From Candidatus Heimdallarchaeota archaeon (lineage in GTDB: Archaea > Asgardarchaeota > Heimdallarchaeia > Hodarchaeales > Hodarchaeaceae), in NCBI GenBank assembly GCA_020353515.1, contig CP070695.1:3582177-3646176 (forward strand): a stretch of DNA of 64,000 nt. The letters are read 5' to 3'. Positions within the stretch are counted from its first letter, which is position 1. Each line of letters starts with the position of its first letter. Below are positions 30,250 through 40,672 of the stretch, in pieces. Made by a program: the position numbers and the translations under genes. Below the pieces are notes generated by a model. The model was not told the origin of the DNA. It did not search any database and saw nothing but the letters and a program-made list of their open reading frames with translations.

Positions 30250-33200
30250 ATGAACTTAGCGTTTAGTTTGGCTCGAAAAAATATTATCCGCTCAAAATAT
30301 CGGTCTATCCTAATCGTTTTTGGTATATTACTCACCATTGCTCTAGAAACAGGGATTGTTATCACTATAGATACTTTATATGACGATTTCATTCTCGATA
30401 ATCGGAATAACAATTATACAGATATCACAGTGATCCCGATCACAAAATGGACAAACATTACAAATCTAAGAAAAATTGCAAAAGACGTCGAGTCAGTCCA
30501 CGGAATAACTCAAGCCAGTCCTGTATATTCTCTTCAGAATAAGGGGATTCTACAGGTTGCATTTTCTGATTCAAAGATATTAATTTATGGTATTGATTCA
30601 AATTCACATCCAGATTTCTCTTCTTTAAACGTTACTGATGGTAAGAGATTGGTTAAAGGAAATACAATAATTGTGTCAAAAAATATTCTGAGGATGACTG
30701 GATTAAAAGTTGGGGAGAGTGTAGTAACGGAGTATTCTCCAACCACTGGATTTGAGGTTAATTTTACTATAGGTGGCGTAATATCTGATTTCAGCTTTTT
30801 TGGAAATAATATTGGATTTTCTTTCATTCTTGTAGACATCGAATCCTTATATGAGATTATTCCTCAAGAACAGAAAGAATTATTTCTGTCCCCTAAAATT
30901 GATGTTCAAGTGCAGAATCTTCTTGATATCAAAAAAGTCAGTGATAAGCTCAAAGATCATATGGGGACTGATTATCATATCTGGGTTGAAAAAGGTATTT
31001 CGCAACTTAAAATCACTGGAATTAAGTCATATCAAGCCGCCATGAATGTAGTAATCCTTGCCTCATTTGTAGTTGAATTCTTATTTATTACAAATATTCT
31101 AGCAATTTCAATAAACGATCGTAGTAAGGAAATTGGAATTCTACGTGCAGTGGGCTCAGATTCTAAACAGCTGATTGAAATTATAGCAATTGAAGTATTA
31201 ATCTATTCAGTTATTGGCAGTTTCCTTGGTATAATTGGAGGGGTTGGTTTTGCTTATACTTTACTGGGGATAATGCAGAATTTTTACCCTTCTTTAGTTA
31301 TTGAAAAATTAACTTTGCATCCTACGTCTCTCTTGGCTACTTTTATTTCAGGTATAATTGTAGCAATAATCTCAGGTTTATACCCTATATTTATAGCAAT
31401 ATCAATGCCTATAATACAGAATATCCATTCTCGTATGCGAAGAGGGCAAAGTAAGTACTCTCAGTATTTCCCAGTTTATTGGAAGTACACAATTGGAATG
31501 GGCAGCTTGTTAGCACTCACAGGATTCATTTTGCAATTTTTTATTGGACCAAGTCAATTCTTAGCTTTTGAAGTTATTTCTATCCATTTTTTTGTCATTA
31601 TTTTAGTCTTCCTGGGAACACTGTTTGTAGAAATTGGACTTGTGTTCTTTTTGCCGAGAATTGCTTTTAGGTTGTTAGTTTGGTTTGGTTTAGTTACACG
31701 TACTATTTCAATGAGAAATATTGCCCGTGAATTTCAAAAATCCTTGTTTACTATAATGACATCCACATTATCCTTGACATTCATTGTTTTAGTCGGATTG
31801 GTAAGTGCAGCTATTGTAGCAGGTGTTCCTGACTTTTTTGAAAGTCAATGGGGAGGTATTGATCTCATAGCTGAAGGCCAAGAAGGGTATTTACCCGTAA
31901 TGGCTTTTTCAAATGAATTGTCCACTATTGATGGAATAGCAGAATCGTGTCTTATTCAAGAACAAAGAACGCAAATAGATAACAACATTAATTGTTATAT
32001 TTTCGGTGTAAATTATTCTAAATACGAACCTTTTGCAGAAGAAGTAATTGATTCATTAATTTTTGGTGTACCTGCACATAATTGGCTTAATCAATCAGCT
32101 TATGGAACTCATAGAACACATGGAACATATACAGTCGTCTCACATCTTTTACAACAAAAGCTTCTGGTTTCATTAGGATCAAATATCTCTGTGAGAATTG
32201 CATCTAATCTTACCGTGAATGTCACAATTGCTGCTGTAATCAAATCAAACGCTTTTTTAGAAAATGGTGAATATCTGTATCTCCCAACAAATCGATTTCA
32301 AGAATTTTTCAATTCTACTGTTGCCAAATGGCTTCTTTGTGAGGTAAATGGTGAAATAGAGAAAGTAGTAGATCAATTGTGGGAGTATCCCTATTTTAAA
32401 GAAATAATTAAGGTTGAATACTTTACTCAAATGATGGAGAGGAGCTTAATATTCCAATCAGTACTATTTCAAGTGTTATTCATTGAATCATTTATTCTAG
32501 CAGCTATTACTCAATTCATATGCATTTTAGTCTCCACTCTTAGAATGGAACGAGAAGTAGGGATTTTAAGAGGATTAGGCTTACATAAAAAGGGAGTCTT
32601 GGCTATATTTTTAGCAGAATCAACAGCATTAGGAATTACCGCAGCATTTCTTGGCTTAATTGATGGGTTACTGGGATCTCTTCTTATGGGTTGGTATATT
32701 TCCCTATCAATTCCAATAAAAATTGAACTATCTTTGAACTATACCATTTTATGGATACTATTCTCGATTCTAATTTCCCAAGTATCAGCTTTCATACCTT
32801 CTTATCGTAGTAGTAGAAGAAACATCGTAGCAGCTATTTCTGGAAGACCAATGATCAAAGAATATCGTGAATCAATAAAAATAAGAATTTTCATGAAAGA
32901 AAATTCGTCACAATTACTAGTATCTATTCTCTTCTTGCTTGGAATCGTTACCTGCATTTTTCTCTTCAATAACTCATTAAAAATAATGGGATTATTACCC
33001 CTTGACCTAATTGTGTCAATATTTGTCTTTATCTTGGATTTAGAATTTATTACGGAATTAGATCTCTTTATTGCGATTGCAGGATTAGCTAGTATTGGTC
33101 CGCTAAGTTACTTGATCGTACATGAATCATTTCCTGATAATTTTGCTAGAGAACTAATTAAAAGTTTGATTTATGGTTTAGTTGGTATCTTCATTGCTAC

Positions 33201-33771
33201 ATGTTGTTTTCTACTGATGTTATCAATCAACTTCAGTATAATAGAGTTTTTATCATTAGATATGATCATGATGGAAATAAGTGAGAAATTGGATTGGTTA
33301 GAAGGTAATATACTAATTAACCTTATTAGAGGAGCAATTATTATATCGTTTCTAGCTATTCTTTTTTTAGAGCTCATCATTTTTCATCGAATTTGGTCAT
33401 TTCTTATTATTCGTGGATTTATGCCCCAAAAACCAGCGAGAGACCTTATATCGTGGATTATGAAAAAAAGTTCTAAAGGCCAATTTAGAATCTTAATGTT
33501 ATTTCTTTGTCATTTAGGTGTTCAAGTATGCTTAATAGCTATAAATAGAGTCGTAACAGAAGTCTCAAATGACCCCTATATCCTATATAAACATCCCCTG
33601 TTAACTTTACTCCATCCAATAATGTTTCTGATAACAGCTTTAATCGAAATTTGTTTCTTTTTACTCCTGATTATTCTGCCAATTATCACCTATAAAAACC
33701 AAAATTTTGAGACATACTCTGCCGTTAAAAGAAACACCATTAATGGTTCATTCAGAACTCTTTCCTCCTGA
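30250..33771 (+). CDS. FtsX/MacB-type ABC permease (duplicated) with extra C-terminal TM domain
   Basis: Two FtsX motifs (KEIGILRAVG; REVGILRGLG), two external loops and an extended hydrophobic C-terminus. Confidence 0.88.
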   Translation: MNLAFSLARKNIIRSKYRSILIVFGILLTIALETGIVITIDTLYDDFILDNRNNNYTDITVIPITKWTNITNLRKIAKDVESVHGITQASPVYSLQNKGILQVAFSDSKILIYGIDSNSHPDFSSLNVTDGKRLVKGNTIIVSKNILRMTGLKVGESVVTEYSPTTGFEVNFTIGGVISDFSFFGNNIGFSFILVDIESLYEIIPQEQKELFLSPKIDVQVQNLLDIKKVSDKLKDHMGTDYHIWVEKGISQLKITGIKSYQAAMNVVILASFVVEFLFITNILAISINDRSKEIGILRAVGSDSKQLIEIIAIEVLIYSVIGSFLGIIGGVGFAYTLLGIMQNFYPSLVIEKLTLHPTSLLATFISGIIVAIISGLYPIFIAISMPIIQNIHSRMRRGQSKYSQYFPVYWKYTIGMGSLLALTGFILQFFIGPSQFLAFEVISIHFFVIILVFLGTLFVEIGLVFFLPRIAFRLLVWFGLVTRTISMRNIAREFQKSLFTIMTSTLSLTFIVLVGLVSAAIVAGVPDFFESQWGGIDLIAEGQEGYLPVMAFSNELSTIDGIAESCLIQEQRTQIDNNINCYIFGVNYSKYEPFAEEVIDSLIFGVPAHNWLNQSAYGTHRTHGTYTVVSHLLQQKLLVSLGSNISVRIASNLTVNVTIAAVIKSNAFLENGEYLYLPTNRFQEFFNSTVAKWLLCEVNGEIEKVVDQLWEYPYFKEIIKVEYFTQMMERSLIFQSVLFQVLFIESFILAAITQFICILVSTLRMEREVGILRGLGLHKKGVLAIFLAESTALGITAAFLGLIDGLLGSLLMGWYISLSIPIKIELSLNYTILWILFSILISQVSAFIPSYRSSRRNIVAAISGRPMIKEYRESIKIRIFMKENSSQLLVSILFLLGIVTCIFLFNNSLKIMGLLPLDLIVSIFVFILDLEFITELDLFIAIAGLASIGPLSYLIVHESFPDNFARELIKSLIYGLVGIFIATCCFLLMLSINFSIIEFLSLDMIMMEISEKLDWLEGNILINLIRGAIIISFLAILFLELIIFHRIWSFLIIRGFMPQKPARDLISWIMKKSSKGQFRILMLFLCHLGVQVCLIAINRVVTEVSNDPYILYKHPLLTLLHPIMFLITALIEICFFLLLIILPIITYKNQNFETYSAVKRNTINGSFRTLSS

Positions 33772-33786
33772 AAAATACTGATTATT

Positions 33787-35817
33787 TTAAGTAGTTTTAA
33801 TTAGAAGACTAGAACAAACAATTATTAAAATGATCATTCCTATAAACGGACTTACAATATTTGTGGGATTAATGGGGGTTTGAATAGTGATCCAATCTGA
33901 GATTTCCCAACTTGAAAATCCTAAAGAATCATATACCACAATTTTTATCTTGTATTGTCCATCTGTAACATTCCGAACATCCCATTCAAAATAGTTTAAT
34001 GTCAATCCAGTTGTTAAAAGTGACCAACTGTTGTTCTTAGTAGAAATATAGATCTCGTACGTCAATGCATGATCTAGGGTGTCATAAGCCAACCAAATAA
34101 TTTTCACAACAGAATCTAGACAAGCTCCTCCAGAAGGGGAAATAAATTTTGGTCCAATCATGTGATTAGGCATTTTCGAAGGTATTCTGTCATAATTATT
34201 TGTGGAAACTCCTGATATGTCATCTGGAATCCGGTAATAATCCTCATCAGTTGAGTCATTCCAAAAATTGGACTCGAAGACATTATTTAAACTTAAATCG
34301 ATGGCATTTATATAATTATTTTGGAAATCATTATGAAGTATTAAGTTATATTCAGAACTTGTTCCAATTACTAACCCAATATCCTCGATAGTTTGTTTCC
34401 TTTTACCCGATATTGAATTATTAACAATGACATTATTATTCGATCTGAGAGTCTTTATACCCCGAGTGTTTTTGTCAAGTGTGTTACTCTTTATTACATT
34501 ATTATCAGCATAGATAAGAGAAATACCTGTATCGTGGTTAATAATTGAATTGTCTCTTATCACACATTCATTTACATTTATTAAAGAGATACCAAGTTTA
34601 TTATTATTGAGGTTATTATTAGCAAGCAAGCAATAACTAACATTTTCTAAGAAAATTGCTGTTTTTCCGTTATGTAAGAAATTATTCGTGATTTGAAAGA
34701 AAACATCAACATTTTTGATATGAATGAAATAATTCTGTGAACTTAACTTCATAATATTAAATCCAGAAATAATGTAGGGATCTAAAGGACTTCCAACGCC
34801 TCTCAATCTTTCAGCATTAACGAATAAAGTAAATTCATTGTTTCCATTAATTCTAATTAAATGAATATCGAAATCAGAATCAGAATATTTCTGGGTAATA
34901 AAATTAGGATTGGTTTGAAATATAATGACATCTGTGTTATCGGAGATTATAATGTTAGTGACAACTAGAGAGCCATTTATTTTTAATTCTCGTAAAGACT
35001 CCGCAGCAAACCGTATTGAAATGATATTCAGACCTTTCTTGAGAGAACTTTGATTAGATCCCGTAAGTTTCTTACCGGATATGCTACTTTCAGTAACCAA
35101 GTTCATCTCAACTGAATATTTACCTGCCTGAATTATATCAACTTCAATTTCAACAACCAAATAATCATAACGCCAATTAAAATCATCATCTTCTCCTCTA
35201 TCCCAAATTTGGCCTGTGAATCGTACAAATATTTCAAAATTGCTTTTCAAATATATTTGAGTAGTATAGAGGTCATCATCAGTAAATACTGCGTATGCAT
35301 AGCTGCTCATTAATTCATGATATCTGATTATCCGTAGCTTATGGATATTAAACATTAGATCCTGTCCAAGGTTATGAAAACGAGAGGCATTAACTAATGA
35401 TATTCTTAAATTGTGAATGCCTATCGCCAATCCAACATAATTTTCTGTAACTACGAATTTCTCTCCAATCGGGGTTTGATTTACCATTAAAGGTTGAATA
35501 GTAATAACTACTGAAAGATTGAGAAAGATTTGGGTTGCATTAATCCCAAAAATTAAAACAACATGATCATAAAGATTATCTCCATCCAAATCCTCTGCCA
35601 TGTCGAAAAAATTCCCCGTACAATATACTGGATGCGATTCCGATGTTTTAAAACTTAGGTTCTTAATTGTTGGGTTGTCTAAATCAGCATTAGATGGAAC
35701 AGTATTATTTTGAACTAAATTTATGTTTATAGCTCCCTGTATTAACATTAATACGAGTAACAAGGAAAAAAGCGGTAATTTAGCTTTAATTGGTAGTGTT
35801 TTTTTGTGATCTTTCAT
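33787..35817 (-). CDS. Surface protein with Ig-like repeats, NosD/right-handed beta-helix and C-terminal anchor
   Basis: Signal/TM; two related repeats (DLDGDNLYDHVV; DDDFNWRYDYLV); GSPLDPYIISG; Asn-rich GISL/NN ladder; C-terminal TM. Confidence 0.8.
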   Translation of the reverse strand: MKDHKKTLPIKAKLPLFSLLLVLMLIQGAININLVQNNTVPSNADLDNPTIKNLSFKTSESHPVYCTGNFFDMAEDLDGDNLYDHVVLIFGINATQIFLNLSVVITIQPLMVNQTPIGEKFVVTENYVGLAIGIHNLRISLVNASRFHNLGQDLMFNIHKLRIIRYHELMSSYAYAVFTDDDLYTTQIYLKSNFEIFVRFTGQIWDRGEDDDFNWRYDYLVVEIEVDIIQAGKYSVEMNLVTESSISGKKLTGSNQSSLKKGLNIISIRFAAESLRELKINGSLVVTNIIISDNTDVIIFQTNPNFITQKYSDSDFDIHLIRINGNNEFTLFVNAERLRGVGSPLDPYIISGFNIMKLSSQNYFIHIKNVDVFFQITNNFLHNGKTAIFLENVSYCLLANNNLNNNKLGISLINVNECVIRDNSIINHDTGISLIYADNNVIKSNTLDKNTRGIKTLRSNNNVIVNNSISGKRKQTIEDIGLVIGTSSEYNLILHNDFQNNYINAIDLSLNNVFESNFWNDSTDEDYYRIPDDISGVSTNNYDRIPSKMPNHMIGPKFISPSGGACLDSVVKIIWLAYDTLDHALTYEIYISTKNNSWSLLTTGLTLNYFEWDVRNVTDGQYKIKIVVYDSLGFSSWEISDWITIQTPINPTNIVSPFIGMIILIIVCSSLLIKTT

Positions 35818-35890
35818 CTTATAACTAGATCGATTTAAAAAAATCAGAGTATATAAATTGTCACTTCAAGCTATATCTAAAGTGTTAGTT

Positions 35891-36892
35891 TTAATAGGAG
35901 GACGGGACATAACATGCTACTTTCTTTATAACTCCATCAGTTGGCACTTCGATTGATTCTTTCTTAATTAGACGATTTTGACTCATAGCATTCAAAATAA
36001 AACCAACGATAGCAAAAGGGAGGTCAAATGATAACGAAATAGAAAACTGTGTACATTTTGTTGAAGGACAATCAACATGCTGTTTCAGATAGTCAAGTAT
36101 TTCAAGATGTTTTCTCGCTGTTTCAGAATTAAAATCCTTTTTAAGTATATAATAATCAAATAATTTGAATTCTTTTTGAATAATACCCTCGCTTTCCAAG
36201 CCTTCTAAAGTTTCATTAACTTGGGAGATTTCTAACCCTAAAAAGTCGGCGATACTCTCAGGATGACGTTTTTTTGTCTCGTGGATGTTCTCCTCTAAGT
36301 ATAATTTTATAAGATCTTTCCAAGTAATTTTTCTCTTTTCACCAGCAGCTATTCTCTCCTCAATTGCTACTGCTATTAGTTCCTTCAGAGTTTCGTCTTC
36401 TAACTTCTTTTGGGTGACTTCTTGCACTTCAGCTGCAACAAGAATTTCTTGCTTCCTAATGTCTTTTTTCTTCTTTTTAACTTTCTTTTTTACTTTTTTT
36501 GGTCTTGTTTTTTTCTTACACACTGAGCATAAATCTTTGGTTATTTCGAGCTGTACTACTTCGTCCTGATCCATGGCCTCTAAAACATTAACATTTTCTA
36601 CTCGTTCAAGGGTTTTATACCAAATATTGAGACAGTCTAATATTTCTCGATTATTTGATATGTTTTTTTCATGAGAACCAAATGGAGTGCTCCATTCTTC
36701 AATGGCTTTAAATTTCGGTTCTGATGTAATAGTGAACAAAAATTGACACTCTTTTTGTGTGAAGGTAATACTATGGGGTTCATTGATCGTTACATCATCA
36801 GAATAATCTTGAGTTAGAATCCAATCCCAAACATCTGTAACAATATTTTTGGTTGTAATGAGAGGAAATTTACACGAATTACATACCTTCAA
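35891..36892 (-). CDS. Hypothetical protein: split CxxC pair, Lys-rich linker, tandem winged helices
   Basis: CNSC ... CSVC; KKVKKKVKKKKK; ESIADFLGLEISQVNETLEGLESEGII and a second wH-like unit. Confidence 0.65.
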   Translation of the reverse strand: MKVCNSCKFPLITTKNIVTDVWDWILTQDYSDDVTINEPHSITFTQKECQFLFTITSEPKFKAIEEWSTPFGSHEKNISNNREILDCLNIWYKTLERVENVNVLEAMDQDEVVQLEITKDLCSVCKKKTRPKKVKKKVKKKKKDIRKQEILVAAEVQEVTQKKLEDETLKELIAVAIEERIAAGEKRKITWKDLIKLYLEENIHETKKRHPESIADFLGLEISQVNETLEGLESEGIIQKEFKLFDYYILKKDFNSETARKHLEILDYLKQHVDCPSTKCTQFSISLSFDLPFAIVGFILNAMSQNRLIKKESIEVPTDGVIKKVACYVPSSY

Positions 36893-37104
36893 AATAAAAA
36901 CACCCTGTAATAAAAACCAATTTGGGCTTTTTAACCTATAGATATAGAATTATTTGTGGTTTGAAGATTACTATGTGCAATAATATTGTTAAGAAAGAGC
37001 TCTGAAGCAAGAGAAATAGCTCAAAAGACTCTTTTTACTTAATTTCAGTTAAGGAAAATGTCGTCAAAGAGAGGATAGACGACACTTCTGAAGTTTATAT
37101 ATAA

Positions 37105-37587
37105 TTAGAGTAGTAGTCTTTTGACCATGTTGAAACCAGTATCAACTTCCTGAATAATCGTGTACCCCAACTTCTCATATAAACGCTTAGCCAGGAAATT
37201 GTGTTTAAATACATGTAACACAATAGCTTGGAATCGATGACTGATTACCTCTTTTTCCAATAATTTTAAGGCTTGGGTGGCATATCCTTCATTCCGAAAT
37301 TCTGGAAAAACCTCTATGTCTGCAAGAAATGTATACTTCTTTTTATGTTCATGAATATACCAGATATGACCAATATTTTGGGCTTCCCCCCTTATAAATC
37401 CAATAAACACGTCAGGGGTAGCGTACCCTTTTGGTAAAAGGACCTCGATTTGTAATTCAGTTTGTTTTTTTGCTTCTTCTAACCCAACTTTTTTTATCTG
37501 AGCATAATCTTTGCTATAGTCCTTAATCAGGTATTCTAGATAATCAAGGAATTCCTGTTCTGTCATCTTTCTAAACTTAATCAACAC
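37105..37587 (-). CDS. GNAT acetyltransferase
   Basis: VFPEFRNEGYA; LHVFKHNFLAKRLYEKLGY. Confidence 0.9.
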   Translation of the reverse strand: MLIKFRKMTEQEFLDYLEYLIKDYSKDYAQIKKVGLEEAKKQTELQIEVLLPKGYATPDVFIGFIRGEAQNIGHIWYIHEHKKKYTFLADIEVFPEFRNEGYATQALKLLEKEVISHRFQAIVLHVFKHNFLAKRLYEKLGYTIIQEVDTGFNMVKRLLL

Positions 37588-37747
37588 TATCTCACCATCA
37601 AGAATTGAGTTCTTGACTTATTTCATGTTGTTTTCAAATATGAAACAGGAAAGTTTTGCCTTTATCATAATTTGTATATAATTCAAGTTTAAATCTATTT
37701 TTTAATATGTTAAGAGAAGTCAAACTTTTTTTTAAGGTCAAAATGGA

Positions 37748-38644
37748 ATGATTCCAATGGATAAGATTGTTTTTGCTTTTGTTTCTACTGGTTTAGACAT
37801 AGAGACTCAAATTCATGTTGCAAGCATACGCCAATTTGCTGGACCATTGTCTGAATCTCCTATATGGATGTTTACTCCGAAATCAGAGAAAAAGATCCCC
37901 AAAAATCTCAAAGAACGCTTTCTATCTTTAGATGTTCAAATTATTCCATTTTCAATGGATCCCAAGCATAGAAACTTCCCTTTTGCTACTTATGTATTCG
38001 CTACTGCTACAGCAGAATCTTTTGCTAAACGTAAAACTGATATTCTCGCTTGGCTTCTTCCTGACACGCTGATAATGAATACACCAACTCATTTTCTCCT
38101 ACCCAAAGGTAAATCCTTGGGGTTTCGACCAGTACACCACACATTAATTGGATCTATCTATAACGAACCCATTGATCCATTTTGGGATTTAATCTATCGA
38201 AAATGCGATGTACCAGTAGACAAGATCTTCCCATTGAAAACTCATGTTGATCATAACATTCTTCGCCCCTACTTTAATGCAGGATTTTTAGTTGTGAGGC
38301 CTGAAAGAGGATTACTTCAATCATGGTGGAACTTTTTCCAAGAATCATATAATGATCCAGATTTTGATAGATTTTATCAAAAAGATGAACGGTACACTAT
38401 ATTCATGCATCAAGCAATTTTAGCTGGCGTAATTCTTTCAACTCTTGAGAAAGCAGAGCTCCAAGAACTCCCATTTAGTTATAATTATCCGTTGCATTTA
38501 TACCATGAAAGTCCAAAAGAATACCGTCCTCAGAATCTTGATAATCTAATAACTGCCAGGTATGAAGAAGTTGGATGGTTAAACAAAGTCCCCCTACACG
38601 AACCATTGAAAAGCTGGCTTACTAACCAGTTGAAGTCAGTCTAA
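37748..38644 (+). CDS. GT8-like (GT-A fold) putative glycosyltransferase
   Basis: PYFNAGFLVV, HQAIL, ELPFSYNYP; DxD position degenerate (WLLPDT). Confidence 0.6.
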   Translation: MIPMDKIVFAFVSTGLDIETQIHVASIRQFAGPLSESPIWMFTPKSEKKIPKNLKERFLSLDVQIIPFSMDPKHRNFPFATYVFATATAESFAKRKTDILAWLLPDTLIMNTPTHFLLPKGKSLGFRPVHHTLIGSIYNEPIDPFWDLIYRKCDVPVDKIFPLKTHVDHNILRPYFNAGFLVVRPERGLLQSWWNFFQESYNDPDFDRFYQKDERYTIFMHQAILAGVILSTLEKAELQELPFSYNYPLHLYHESPKEYRPQNLDNLITARYEEVGWLNKVPLHEPLKSWLTNQLKSV

Positions 38645-38670
38645 AAATTAAATACATCTAGTGATTAGAA

Positions 38671-39261
38671 ATGAATTCCCCTACAAAGGTGAAATTTGGA
38701 AAAGTTCCACTGATTTTCCCTATTCCTATCATTCTTGCTGGAGCTCTTGTCCGAGGAAAACCTAACTTTGAAACTTTGGGAGACGTAGGAATAATGGGGA
38801 TTAAACCACCAATTATCTACATCTCATCTGGAGTAAACCACTATACAAACATCGGAATTCTTGAGCATGAAACATTTAGTGTTAATTTTCCCTCCACCTC
38901 ACTTCTCACAAAGACTGATTATTGTGGAGTAGTATCAGGACATAAGACAGATAAGTCACAATTATTTGATGTTTTTTTTGGAGAATTAAGAACAGCACCA
39001 ATGATAGAAGAATGTCCAGTTAATTTAGAATGTAAAGTTATCAAAGAATTCTCAATCTTGCATAGACAAATTTTCATAGGAGATGTAGTTCAAGCTTATG
39101 TTACCAAGAATTTTGTCACTGAAAGAGAAGGACGAAAACAAATTATGGATATGACAAAACTAGATCCTATTATTTATGCATTAGATAATCGCTATTACAA
39201 CATTGGTGAGCCAATCGGGGTCGGATATCACGAAAGTAAAAAGTTACATAGGGAAGATTAA
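38671..39261 (+). CDS. Flavin reductase-like (flavoredoxin) protein
   Basis: FSVNFP, DYCGVVSGHKTDKS, APMIEECPVNLECKV. Confidence 0.9.
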   Translation: MNSPTKVKFGKVPLIFPIPIILAGALVRGKPNFETLGDVGIMGIKPPIIYISSGVNHYTNIGILEHETFSVNFPSTSLLTKTDYCGVVSGHKTDKSQLFDVFFGELRTAPMIEECPVNLECKVIKEFSILHRQIFIGDVVQAYVTKNFVTEREGRKQIMDMTKLDPIIYALDNRYYNIGEPIGVGYHESKKLHRED

Positions 39262-39267
39262 AGGAGT

Positions 39268-39903
39268 ATGAGAATTGACAAAGTTACAGCATTTATAACC
39301 CGAAAAAAAGACAATGTTGAAGAACTTCTGTTAATCCTTCATCCAAATGCAGGAATCCAAATCCCAGCAGGTACAGTTGAAAAAGGAGAATCTGTAGAAG
39401 AAGCACTAAAAAGGGAAATTACTGAGGAAACAGGATTAAGAAAAATAACAATAGAAAAGTACATTGGATCCAAGGAAACTAAGTTAAAAAACGATAATTT
39501 TCTTGTAGCAGAAAAAACTAAGGTTTATTCTCGTCCAAGTTCGGCGAGTTTTGATTGGGCTGAACTCAGAAAAGGGACTAATGTAAAATCTATTCGTATT
39601 AGTGGAAATTACACTCAAATCACATACAAAGAATTTGATAGATTTCCAGATCCTAATTACTTGTCATATCAAATAACAGGCTGGGTTCCAACGGTCATTC
39701 TTTCAAAAAAAATGAGAAGACACTTTTTTCATGTAGAACTCAACGAAAAAGTTCAGGATGAATGGGAAATCTTTGCAGATAATCATAAATTCAAACTATT
39801 TTGGTCTTCTCTCACTAATTTAGCAAATATAATAGATCCACAATACGAGTGGCTCAAATATGTAAGGTATGATTTAGGATATCAATTTGAAAAAACCATA
39901 TGA
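39268..39903 (+). CDS. NUDIX hydrolase with inserted SH3b-like domain
   Basis: Nudix box AGTVEKGESVEEALKREITEETGL; insert KVYSRPSS...LRKGTNV...YTQITY...TGWV. Confidence 0.85.
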   Translation: MRIDKVTAFITRKKDNVEELLLILHPNAGIQIPAGTVEKGESVEEALKREITEETGLRKITIEKYIGSKETKLKNDNFLVAEKTKVYSRPSSASFDWAELRKGTNVKSIRISGNYTQITYKEFDRFPDPNYLSYQITGWVPTVILSKKMRRHFFHVELNEKVQDEWEIFADNHKFKLFWSSLTNLANIIDPQYEWLKYVRYDLGYQFEKTI

Positions 39904-39922
39904 AATATTACTAAAGTTCCTT

Positions 39923-40285
39923 TTATAGCCGTTCAATCTTAAAGATCACAGGTCGAAACCAATCTGTACAACCAGCTATAACGGTTCCTCTATGTTTCAT
40001 TCCAGGCATCTCACATCCAAGAGCAACAGTCATTATATCCTTTCTTATATCTGCCCAAGCCCAAGCACAAAAATCTGTAGGTGGTTGCGAAAAGGCAGTG
40101 TCTCCTTCTAAGATAAATTCCTGATTGTCTTGAAAAGTCTCACATGGTTTCATGTGATCTCTATACTGATCATCAAGATACTTGTCAATTAAATCTTGAT
40201 CGATAGTGCGCTTTATCACGGTAATTTTACATTTTATTATTCCTGAGGACATCAAAAAACCCCCAATTGGTATATTCTTTGACAA
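39923..40285 (-). CDS. TIGR04076 family protein
   Basis: KITVIK...PC...FCAWAW...CTDWFRPVIFKIER. Confidence 0.85.
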   Translation of the reverse strand: MSKNIPIGGFLMSSGIIKCKITVIKRTIDQDLIDKYLDDQYRDHMKPCETFQDNQEFILEGDTAFSQPPTDFCAWAWADIRKDIMTVALGCEMPGMKHRGTVIAGCTDWFRPVIFKIERL

Positions 40286-40672
40286 CTCTAAACTTTTCTT
40301 ATGATATAAAAAAAAATAATCATGATGGTAACTACAAATTTTTAATCTTTATCAAAAAAATACGATTAGGTAAAGTTAAATCAGTTTCAATATTAAATTT
40401 TGTCTTGAAAATCCATTTAATTTGAAAATACCGTCCTATTGTCTTAGTTACAAAAAAATTTTCTCATATAAATGATTTCCTCTATTTTTTCCTCATTGAT
40501 AAAACTTTTAAGAATTTAGTAAAGTACTAAATGGTAAGTTTTGCCATAACAACCCAAATAGCTCAATTTTTCGAAAGCATGGATTAATTTGATTTGTTAT
40601 CAAAAAGAAACCTAATTTTACGATTGATATTAGAGGATTAAGAATGGAATCAACTACAATCAGGGAATTAAA

